64,000 nt of DNA from Paraspadella gotoi (lineage: Eukaryota > Animalia > Chaetognatha): NCBI GenBank assembly GCA_051294375.1, contig CM119270.1, positions 14,347,247 to 14,411,246 of the forward strand, in the 5' to 3' direction. This document shows, in pieces, positions 12,248-23,419 of the stretch. The stretch's first letter is position 1. The number at the start of each line of letters is the position of its first letter. Position numbers and translations under genes: made by a program. The notes under the pieces are model-generated. The model had not been told where the DNA came from and did no database searches. It worked only from the letters and a program-made list of their open reading frames with translations.

Positions 12248-12790
12248 CTCTTCTCTTTCTCTCTCTCTCCCTAACTCGGCGCCTCAATAGCTCCCTCCGG
12301 AAGTGATAAACATTTTATGGGCGCCGCCGACGAACGCCCACTCGTCCGTCAACGCAGTCATTGGAGTTGCTCCCTTCGCCACCCACATTACCACCCCCAC
12401 CACATTTCCCCAAACCTCACCCCACCTTCCGCCAGCGATCGCCCATTTCCCAGGAGCGACAAAATCATCCCTGACTTTTCCACCTAAAACCCATCAACCA
12501 ATCAACTGTAACCCAAATTGCTTGCTCAGTAAAAATTGAGATGCCAATAACGGTTATTTTCATACTTCACGTTGAGATTTGTTTGTGTTATGAAATTGGT
12601 ACAACCAATATATAATTTATACGTTAACTGTTATTTTTATTCAACAGCTTTGAAAAAACCGATAAAATATGTTTATCCAATAAATCTCGTCATTATAACT
12701 TTTTACAATTTTTTATTACAAACTTCCGCCGAGTCGCTAGATCGGTTCCCCGGTCGACACCCAGGTGCGACGCTTGATTTAAGTTTTATA

Positions 12791-12866
<76 letters not shown>

Positions 12867-13026
12867 TTTCCCTTTCTCTCTACTTCTCAAACTCACACAC
12901 AAACACCACACATCCTGAATTACAGTTAGACCGGTTTGAATATTTATTTATATTCTTACCCATTCACAGAAATTTTATACATTCGAGATGCTTTTTCCGA
13001 GATAGTCATTTAGTCACCAAGCATGG

Positions 13027-13097
<71 letters not shown>

Positions 13098-13177
13098 AAT
13101 TCATAAAAATATTTCTTTTCTCTTAAATACATAAATTTCGAGCCATCTTCACTCAGTGTCAATACACAATTCCGGGT

Positions 13178-13249
<72 letters not shown>

Positions 13250-14251
13250 AGAGAGAGAGAGTTATTTTAAAAGTCCTTTCTCGTCTGTTTACTTTCGTCG
13301 AACATTTATAAATCGTGTTTGTTTATTAAACTTGTTTGTAAGAAGGACAAATGTCAAAATGCTTGATTATTTTTTCCGTCTTTCGTCAAACTTTTTTTCG
13401 AGTTTATTTCATATCTGTCGGTTTTTTTTTAAACGTTTAAATTAATTTCTCTGTAACATTATTTGGTTATTATATGTCATTAGAATATTTACATGGACTT
13501 TTGGGTGTATTTTTTAACGTACTTTTTAACTATTTTTCGATATTTATAAAATTAGTAAATAAAGATGCTGTCTTATAAAATATTTAAACCGTGTGACCCC
13601 CTAATTTAACATTTCAAATCAAAAATATTTTTTTTCTATATATGGAAAAAAAATGTCGTTCTCTCTTTCTCTTCCGGCCTAAAATGTTTTGGTATCTGGA
13701 AAGGAATCACTCTGATTACAAGCTGATTGCACTTTGATCTGACCGCTCGAATATGTTTATTTAAGTCATGTTTGTTTGGACAAAATTATTTCGCTAAAAT
13801 TTTGAGGTTTAATCCTCCCCGATGAATTTTATGAACATTAATTGAAAATATTAATTATTAGTCATTTGAATCAGAATATAAACCCAAAAAACGAATCTTG
13901 CTGACCTTTATAGCCAAATGAAACCAAAACAGCGCGAGAAATAAAAGCAACCAAAGAAAAAGAAATAAGCAACAAAAAAAAAAAAGCAACGGAGCAACAG
14001 AAGAGAGAGAAACTCGAGACACGAAGAGTAAACGACGGGAGAGAGAGAGAAAGGAAAGAGGAAGAGTCTTTGCGGCTAAAAAGCTAAGGGAGAAAGGAAG
14101 AGGAGGAAGAGTGGGAAAAAAAAGATGCAACGGCGATTGCAAACAACCCGGGCGGGCAAAACAATAACAACAACAACGGCGTCGAAGACGACGACGACGA
14201 CGACGACGACGACCCGGGGAGAGAAAAAAGTTTGCGACGGGATGCGAATTC

Positions 14252-14310
14252 GGCCACGTTGGCGTCGTTGGCGTCGTTGGCGTCGTTGGCGTCGTTGGCG
14301 TTGTTGGCGT
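14252..14310 (+). repeat. 9-bp tandem repeat (GGCGTCGTT)n
   Basis: About 6 units, present in all four copies of the duplicated unit (also about 24411, 30488 and 37566). Confidence 0.9.
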
Positions 14311-14802
14311 GGGAAATGGCGCCGATTGATTTGGCGGGAAATTATTGTAACGAGATTTTTTCTTCGGAACGAGAGCGGGATTAATTCAAGGCTTAAATGT
14401 GAGCGAACTATTGTACGAGGTGCGCTTTTGATTTTGAAGAATATGGCGGACTATGGTATGCATGGTATGCAACAAGGTTCGCTTTAAATGGCAAAGAAAC
14501 GAAACTATTAATCGAACAATCAAAGTAAATTTTATTTCAATAAAAGTATCATCTTTGGTTACTGACATTGCCCGATTACAGAAGATGATCTGCCGATAAT
14601 TTTTTTCAAGTTTCTTGTTCTTATCTTATTTTTAGGTTTAGGAAATACTAAGTTTTAATAGCTTGTTAGCGAGATGAAAATGCTCAGACATACCACGTCT
14701 ACGGACTCTTGCAAAATAATTTGAAAAATAAACCGTTTGTCTAGAAGGTTCCATAGTTTTTTCCCAAAAGAAAAGACAAGAGATCCTCTCTGACTCTCTC
14801 TC

Positions 14803-14889
<87 letters not shown>

Positions 14890-17352
14890 TCTCTCTCTCT
14901 CTCTCACCAAAAACCTACCTGTAAAATAACCATGCCAAACGAAGGCTAATCACTGGGTAAGTGATGTGGATGATTGATGACGATGATGGAGGCTGCCTAT
15001 GAGTTTGATGAGTCATTAGTTTTAATTTTAGGCAGAGTTTAAAAAAGTAGATGGATAGGGAGAGGATGGCGAGAAATTTGGATGATGGTGGGGGAGTTCG
15101 TTGGTAGGGACGGTGAAGTCTCGGGCGAGTGGAAAAAGGGTCTAGTTGGATCGATGGAGTCAATTTTCAGTTTGGTAAGTTGGTCAGAGAGAGAAAGTTG
15201 ATTCTTGTCGTGACCAAAAGAAAACCAGTTAATTAAGGGAAAACGAAGAAATTCTGAGAGAGAGAGAGAGAGAGAGAGAGAGTAAGACTGAACTTGCCAC
15301 ATCTAACTGAATTGTTAATCTGAACTTTATTAATTATTTCTGAATCTTTCCTTCCCACTTAATCGAACTGCTATCAGCTCAATGTGTCCATAAATTTGGT
15401 TACGTAAGATCACAGACGTAATCATTTTAAAACGTTTTTTTATTTTTAATTTACAGCCTGGTTTGGGCAAAAGTGTAAAAATTCCAAACCAAAAGTCTTT
15501 TTTAAATAATGAAACCAAAAATCAATAAAATCATAAAATTATCGTAAAATACTTTCCACGCTAATTAAGGAAAAGACTTTGCCTCGTTAAAAATCTTTCT
15601 TCGGCAAATTAATATAGAGATTCCCTAAAACTTAAAATAAACGAGAGAGAGAACTTCTCGCCACACGAATGGTAAAACCCAAACCGGTATTACTTCTCAA
15701 TTATCTACGAGATTCCGACGAAAAAGATCGTCAATCCTGGAAACGAAAAAGAATCTCGATCCTGTTTCGTCCCCCCAAAAATGTCGTCGACATCCCCTGA
15801 TAATATGGAACGGGACGATTTCGGGAATTACGAGATTCACCGCTTTTTTTCTTTCTCTCTTTCTTTTCTCTATTTTCGAACTCGACTTAATGACTTGGAG
15901 CGTAAATAACATCAAACCAGCTCCAAGTTAATTTTTTTTTTCGTTCAGTCTTACGTCAATCTTTCTCAGTCTCTCTTCCCGTTTCTTACTTCTAAATTTT
16001 AATGATTAGTTATTTTTTAAAACTACGGCGTTCTTTTTGTTTTTTTTTTCCTTCTTTCGTTCGATATTTTAACTTTGTTTTTGTTTTTGACTTTGGACGA
16101 AAAGGAGAAGAAATATTGTTTACGTAAACAAACGAAGCTTATGACGGAGAGAAGAGAAGACGAAGGAGAGAGGCGAGGGGGAGAGAGCATCAATAGCTTT
16201 TTTCTTCTTAAAAAAAAAGTAAAAGTTGAAAACAAAAGATGAAACGAAAAGAGGGAAGAATTTTTTTCTTTTAAGGTTTTATTTTTTCGAATATTTTTCG
16301 AATTCATTTTCTCATCACGTTGCCACGAGAACTTTCACGAATCTCGTGACGCCATCACCGTCCAGCGTCGCGTCACCGTTTCGACTTCGCCGTGTCCGAT
16401 TTCGCCGCGGCCGATTTCGTTCGTCGTTCGTTCGCCGTCGCCTATTCGCCGTCACTGCATCAAAGTAGCAGCGACGTCTTCCGCATTGTTTTGCCGCGCG
16501 TCTTCGGCGGATTGACGACGATGTGTCTGGATTGTTTTTTTGTTGTTGTTTGTTTTGGGTGGGCGTGGCCCTATCAGTTTTGGTTTTGTTTTTATATTTT
16601 GTTTTTGTCGAGTTTTCTTTTCGTAGCTTTTTTTTGTTTTGTTTATTGAGGAAGTAAATTCGGAAATTCGGTTTTTATTTCTTCGCGGGTTTAAGTTTTT
16701 TTTTTAATGAATGTTTTTATTTATAAATTGTGCTTTTTTAAATTAAAAAAGGCTCGTCTGATGAAGAGAGAGTAAAAGAGGGAGAGATATAAACAGCGAC
16801 CCAAAAAAAATTTGAAAAAATGAACTGATGTCTTGAATTTTTTTCGGTTCGACTGAGAGCGAGAGAGATTCACCTTACTTTTTGTGTTGGATTTGACGAG
16901 AAGAGAGAGGGAGAGAGAGGTGGAGAGATTTAAAAAAAAGAGAGAGAGAGAGAGAGAGAGAACAGATAGGGAAAAAGTTAAATACGAGAGTAAAAGGATA
17001 ATCGGGACACGGAGAGAGCGAGAGGGAACGAGAGAGAGAGAGAGAGAGGGATTCCGGAGGAAGAGGAAGAGGAGGAAGAGGAGGAGGAGGAAGATGAGCC
17101 CCGATCCTTAAAGGAAGGGACCCGGAGAGATGCTAAACAAATGCAGATCGAGATCCAACTATTCGAAGCGGATTCGTCGCAACGACGACGACGACGACGA
17201 CGGCTACCACGACGACGACGAAGAGGAAAGAGCGCGACAACAACGACGATGACGACGACGACGAGACGATGCGTCGGCGGCTGGCGACACTTCTTCCAAA
17301 CTCGGCGGGCGCGCTCGCGTGTACTGGCCGCGTCTCGCGCCTCGCGCCTCGC

Positions 17353-17435
<83 letters not shown>

Positions 17436-17563
17436 ATACAGGGCTTCTCGTTTTCTTTTCATTTATCCCTCCTTTTCCTCCTTTTTCCTTCTCCATTCCT
17501 TTTCCTTTTTTTTTCGTCGGGATGGCTTCTCGAGTTGATTGCGTTGTCGTCGTCGTCTTCGTC

Positions 17564-17608
<45 letters not shown>

Positions 17609-18082
17609 TCTCGACTTTGTCATTGTCTCAATCCCTTTAAATCGACGTTCATAGTGACCCGAAGAATTACTGGCTGAAATGCGATGCAATATGCCTCGCG
17701 CAATACTGTTTATTAATATTATATTATATAATAATTATAATAAAAATAATAATCTCGACGAGAAATTGTCTTATTTGCTTTTAGTTTAGTAAGGTTTACT
17801 TTTTGTTCTTGTTCATATTGTTTACTTTAGCCTTTTTTTTCTTAGTCTACGTTGTGTCATTGACTCGCGTTTTATTTTCTTATCTTTGGATCCGAGTCAA
17901 TTCCGTTTCTGAATTCCATCCCTGATTCCATCTCAGATTTCCATTTCTGTCATCGATATGGATCTGGCTTTTAACTGCGGCCAACGACGGTCGTCATTCG
18001 GATCATTGGTCGGTCCGTCGGTCGATCGGCCAATCGCTTTGTCACCTTCCGTTCTTTTAATTTTTATATCAAAGTCGCTTAA

Positions 18083-18345
18083 TGAGAACTGAGAATTTAA
18101 AATGGTATGCGAAGTGAACAAACGAAACAAATAAGCGATTCATATTGACAAACGACTGAACAAAGATGCAAACAACCATTGCAATCTAGGAGAGACAATT
18201 TATTTAAGTTAAGTTAAATGCGACTTTAATTGTCTCTACTAGGTTGCAATGGTTGTTTTGCATCTTTGTTCAGTCGTTTGTCAATATGAATCGCTTATTT
18301 GTTCGTTTGTTCACTTCGCATACCACTTTAAATTTCTCAGTCTCA
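18083..18345. mobile_element. MITE-like / fold-back element: about 118-bp inverted arms with a 27-bp spacer
   Basis: 18083-18200 (tgagaactgagaatttaaaatggtatgcgaagtgaac...agagacaatt) is the near-perfect reverse complement of 18228-18345 (aattgtctct...gttcacttcgcataccactttaaatttctcagtctca). Non-coding; no clear target-site duplication. The hairpin is certain, the transposon identity is inferred. Confidence 0.6.
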
Positions 18346-18487
18346 ATCCCTTCGGTCTCAGGACCATCGCTCTAATTCTCTCTCTCCCTCTCTCTTTTCT
18401 CCTTTAGGAAAAGCGAGAGGCTCAAACTGCGACACAAAAGCTCAAACGGCAGCGATTCCACTTCCAAATCGTCAATCGGGATTGAGA

Positions 18488-18584
<97 letters not shown>

Positions 18585-19010
18585 ACCCCCCTCACTCTCG
18601 TTTTTGTCCAACGAGAAGAAATCTCGAATATGCAAATGAGTTTGCGGGTCGCGGACTCAAAGTAGCCGGAAACAATTGCGATGTTGCGCGGGATCGGACG
18701 GCGATCGTGGTGGTAGGGGCGGTTCAGAAGACTGCGGCAGAGGAGATGGTGAAGTGGTCACTTTCAGGAAGATAGGGATTCGGCGTTGGAGGATCGCGGT
18801 AGTGGCAATAGTGGGTGATCGTACTGTTGAAGTTTTACGGACAGGACGGCGGGATTTTTGGAGCCGATTGACGAACCAATGAGCTCACGATTTTTTGGGG
18901 GGACGGCCAGACCGTTTTGTCCCTGGCTTAAGACGATCTTCGAAGGAAGGCTTTTTTCTTTTTTGGATTTTTGTTTTAAGTTTTTCTTTTGTACTTTTCT
19001 TCTTTCTTAT

Positions 19011-19050
<40 letters not shown>

Positions 19051-19060
19051 TTCTTTCTTT

Positions 19061-19100
<40 letters not shown>

Positions 19101-19301
19101 TTTTTCTCATTGTGATTGTTAAATAATTTCGTATTTTCTCCCTTTTTCAAAACACCGTCTAAAAAAATATCCAAAGCGAAAACAAAAAAAAAGTTAAAAA
19201 ATGGATTCCTTCATTTTCTTTTCTCGTCTCGACGCGCATTCCATTTCGGAGATCCGGCTTGAAGATCGGCCGGCAATGAGCGGGACGCATGGCTAATGCA
19301 G

Positions 19302-19380
<79 letters not shown>

Positions 19381-19428
19381 TTCTCCTCTCTCTCTCCCGG
19401 CGGCCCCTTTCGTCAACCCTTGGTTTTT

Positions 19429-19429
<1 letters not shown>

Positions 19430-19480
<51 letters not shown>
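19430..19480 (+). repeat. (TCG/CGA)n microsatellite (representative)
   Basis: Pure gtc trinucleotide run; others at about 4455-4500, 14187-14213, 17545-17606, 48097-48126 and 54546-54569. Confidence 0.95.
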
Positions 19481-19481
<1 letters not shown>

Positions 19482-19653
19482 CTTGATGTCGTCGTCGTCG
19501 TCGACTTTGTCTGCGTTGAACAGACTTTTTGTCTCATCGAGAGAGAAAAAATTTCATGGTCACTTCTTCCCTTTTTTAAAGCATATACATAATGAGAAGT
19601 GTTAGGAGGGAGGGATGGAGGGACGAAAGGAGCGGCCGCGAGGGTGTGTGTGT

Positions 19654-19724
<71 letters not shown>

Positions 19725-19855
19725 AGAGAGAGAGAGAGAGATACTGGCGCAAGGTGACGCGGATTAGCGCCGTCATCACGCTTGCGCGAATCCGGATAAC
19801 GACGACGACGACGACGACGACATCGAAGATCGAAAAAGCAGAAATTGAGACGGTC

Positions 19856-20052
19856 GAGGTGAGAGGGAGCGGAGGTGAGTTGGAGTGGAGATCAGGTGGA
19901 GCGGAGGTGAGAGGGAGCGGAGGTGAGTTGGAGTGGAGATCAGGTGTAGCGGAAGTGAGAGGGAGCTGAGATGAGTTGGAGTGGAGATCATGTGGAGCGG
20001 AGGTGAGGTGAAGAGGAGGTGACGTAGGGTGGAGATGATGTGGAGTGGAGCG
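19856..20052 (+). repeat. 48-bp G/A-rich minisatellite, about 3-4 degenerating units
   Basis: Unit gaggtgagagggagcggaggtgagttggagtggagatcaggtggagcg; the 16-aa periodicity (ISTPTHLRSLSPPLHL) of minus ORF 19776-19991 confirms the period. Copies at about 36338-36533 and 43454-43660. Confidence 0.9.
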
Positions 20053-20413
20053 AATGTTAGGTGGGAAAAAGTGTGGCGAATAAATTATGGAAAGGAGGTT
20101 TCTTAAAAATTTATAACATTAAAATACTTTATACATTTTATCATCATTAAACATTAATTTTTTTAAAATCGCACCTTTATGAAATTTACGATATTGTAAT
20201 TAAAATCACAATTAAAATTTCCTACGTGTTTTATTTACATTCTTCTGAAACTCATATTTATAGTTTTTTAAAATCGTTTTTTAAAATCGTATTGTAACCA
20301 TCTCTCCTTATTATCAATAGTCCAACCCTCAGCCCAATCCGTAGCCCAACCCATAGCCCAACCCATCAAGAGGCTTCCGGGAGCCGAGAAAAGTCCTGAT
20401 TACATTTTATCGA

Positions 20414-20511
<98 letters not shown>

Positions 20512-21359
20512 ATCGGTTCTCACACGTCGAAAAGAGACAGCGGCCAGTATTGGCTAAACCGGAAATTGCCGTTTCCTGCCATCCGCGGATTCGTCTCGCG
20601 TTGGCGCCGCCCCTTTTTCTCCTTCCCTTCCCTACTTCTCCCTACCTTCTCTCCTTTCCTTTCTTTCGCTAGTCCTAATCCTTTAATCCCACACTTTCCT
20701 TTCCTTTTCCGTTCAACCTTTCAAATTCCTCGACTCTATGGGTTCTTTGGACATAATCATTAGGCCTGCACGATCCTTGTTAGCCCGTACTTGTGCAATG
20801 TGCATCCCGAAAGAAATGCTGCTATGGCCTCTTCGGTTTTATTTTTCACCTTAACTTACCAATCCTTCCTCAGATTTTGTCTCATAAAGGTGAAATAAAG
20901 AGAGCGTGTATTTCAAAAGAAAAGGTTAAACTTAATAAATTAATAAATAGTACTCGAAAAAGTATTGTTTTCTTATAGAATAAAATCATTAAAAGCATAG
21001 CTTCAGTTTGTTCATACAGTGTATTTGAGATCGAGAATCGAATAAACATTTACATCGATTTTTCTTTAGCAAGAAAGCTATATATTAAAATGGAAGACAA
21101 AACGACAACGATTTTCTTTAAGTTCCAACCGACCACTCACATTAATATTTCCCCAACCCTTCATACAAACAATCATTCAATCCACCTACTACCAATTTAA
21201 CAAATACATAAAAACACCTTTTCACCACCCTAAATGGTGTTCGATTTAAAGTAATCCAACATTCCAACGTTTAATCCACCCCGCCACCGTTTAAGGGGTT
21301 CTCGACCCCTAAAACAACCACTCCGCCATTTCCCCCTCCCGCCAAAGCCAAGGGGCACA

Positions 21360-21470
21360 ACAGGGGTCAAGCCAATGCAATAAATTGGCTGGCTCAGCTC
21401 CGCCACCTCCGGAAAACGATTCCCCTCAGTATATTATAAATTGGGGCCAAACCGCCGGGCCGGAAAGAAG
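21360..21470. promoter_or_regulatory. Promoter-like motif cluster (CCAAT/ATTGG, CCGGAA, TATAAA)
   Basis: gccaatgcaataaattggctgg...ctccgcc...ccggaaaa...tattataaattgggg...ccggaaag; also in copy 4 at about 45000-45105. Motif evidence only. Confidence 0.2.
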
Positions 21471-21514
21471 GGTCGGGGGGCTGGGGGAAGGGTTGGGTGG
21501 GGATAGGGTAAGGG

Positions 21515-21552
<38 letters not shown>

Positions 21553-21712
21553 CTGCAACGACATAACGAGAGACACATTTGAGATTTCCCTCCCGTTTTT
21601 TGATGCCTCGTCATCGTCGTCGTCGTCGTCGTCAAAAAAGGTCGACGTCTCCCAAATTTCCTTTATTGCCTTCCATACAAAAAAATTCTTTTTTTAGGGG
21701 GGGGGAGGCGAG

Positions 21713-22003
21713 GAAAAAGATTTAAGAAAATATAAATTTTTATTTATTTTTTTCTAATATAAATAAAAAATGTGATGACCTAATGTAGTTTCAAAAGGTA
21801 CAAGAATAACAGAAAGAATAACTTAATATACACAGAATAAAGCTAATTTTCATTTAACATTTAACTACTCAATAGCACATTGGATTGCGAGCACTGTGGT
21901 TGCGTTCGCGGGGTTTGCGAGTCGCGTTTCCACCTCCTTGCGTCTGTTGTAAAGAAAGAGGGAGTCGCTCGATGTTTTCGTTTTGTGAAGACACAAAATT
22001 AGA

Positions 22004-22038
<35 letters not shown>

Positions 22039-22084
22039 ATAAAATGTTTATCACTTCCGGAGGAGCTATGAGGCGCCGATTAGG

Positions 22085-22122
<38 letters not shown>

Positions 22123-22448
22123 AGAGAGAGAGGAGAGAGAGAGAGAGAGAGAGACGCGTCTAATTTTGTGTCTTCACAAAACGAAAACATCGAGCGACTC
22201 CCTCTTTCTTTACAACAGACGCAAGGAGGTGGAAACGCGACTCGCAAACCCGCGAACGCAACCACAGTGCTCGCAATCCAATGTGCTATTGAGTAGTTAA
22301 ATGTTAAATGAAATTAGCTTTATTCTGTGTATATTAAGTTATTCTTTCTGTTATTCTTGTACCTTTTTGAAACTACATTAGGTCATCACATTTTTTATTT
22401 ATATTAGAAAAAAATAAATAAAAATTTATATTTCTTAAAATCTTTTTC
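21713..22448. repeat. Near-perfect fold-back (arms about 21713-22036 and 22086-22448)
   Basis: aatagcacattggattgcgagcactgtggttgcgttcgcg versus cgcgaacgcaaccacagtgctcgcaatccaatgtgctatt; ends at the 25-N gap 22449-22473; absent from copy 1. Confidence 0.92.
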
Positions 22449-23192
22449 NNNNNNNNNNNNNNNNNNNNNNNNNCGCCGCCGACGACGCCCACTCGTCCGT
22501 CAACGCAGTCATTGGAGTTGCTCCCCTTCGCCACCCACATTACCACCCCCACCACATTTCCCCAAACCTCACCCCACCTTCCGCCCAGCGATCGCCCATT
22601 TCCCAGGAGCGACAAAATCATCCTGACTTTTTCCACCTAAAACCCATCAACCAATCAACTGTAACCCAAATTGCTTGCTCAGTAAAAATTGAGATGCAAT
22701 AACGGTTATTTTCATACTTCACGTTGAGATTTGTTTGTGTTATGAAATTGGTACAACCAATATATAATTTATACGTTAACTGTTATTTTTATTCAACAGC
22801 TTTGAAAAAACCGATAAAATATGTTTATCCAATAAATCTCGTCATTATAACTTTTACAATTTTTTATTACAAACTTCCCGCCGCAGTTCCCTAGATCGGT
22901 TCCCCGGTCGACACCCAGGTGCGACGCTGATTTAAGTTTTATCTCTCTCTCTTCTCTCTCTCTCCTCTCTCTCTCTCTCTCCTCGTCTCTCTCTCTCTCT
23001 CTCTCTCTCTCCTTCTCTCTCTCTTTTCCCTTTCTCTCTACTTTCTCAAACTCACACACAAACACCACACATCCTGAATTACAGTTAGACCGGTTTGAAT
23101 ATTTATTTATATTCTTACCCATCACAGAAATTTTATACATTCGAGATGCTTTTTCCGAGATAGTCATTTAGTCACCAAGCATGGAATTTGAG

Positions 23193-23258
<66 letters not shown>

Positions 23259-23376
23259 CAAATTCATAAATATTTCTTTTTCTCTTAAATTCATAAATTT
23301 CGAGCCATCTTCACTCAGTGTCAATACACAATTCCGGGTGAGAGAGAGAGAGATGAGGAGAGAGGAGAGATTGAGG

Positions 23377-23419
<43 letters not shown>

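Larger units (their letters stand above)
11640..21517 (+). repeat. Copy 1 of a ~9.9-kb non-coding duplicated unit
   Basis: Collinear with 21518-29831, 29857-36905 and 36931-45155 (landmarks: 9-mer repeat, hairpin, 48-bp minisatellite). Starts at a 25-N gap. Confidence 0.92.

Noticed and set aside
16755-16800. CTGATGA hammerhead-ribozyme-like core
   Set aside because: No closing stem II followed by GAAA and no complementary flanking stems.
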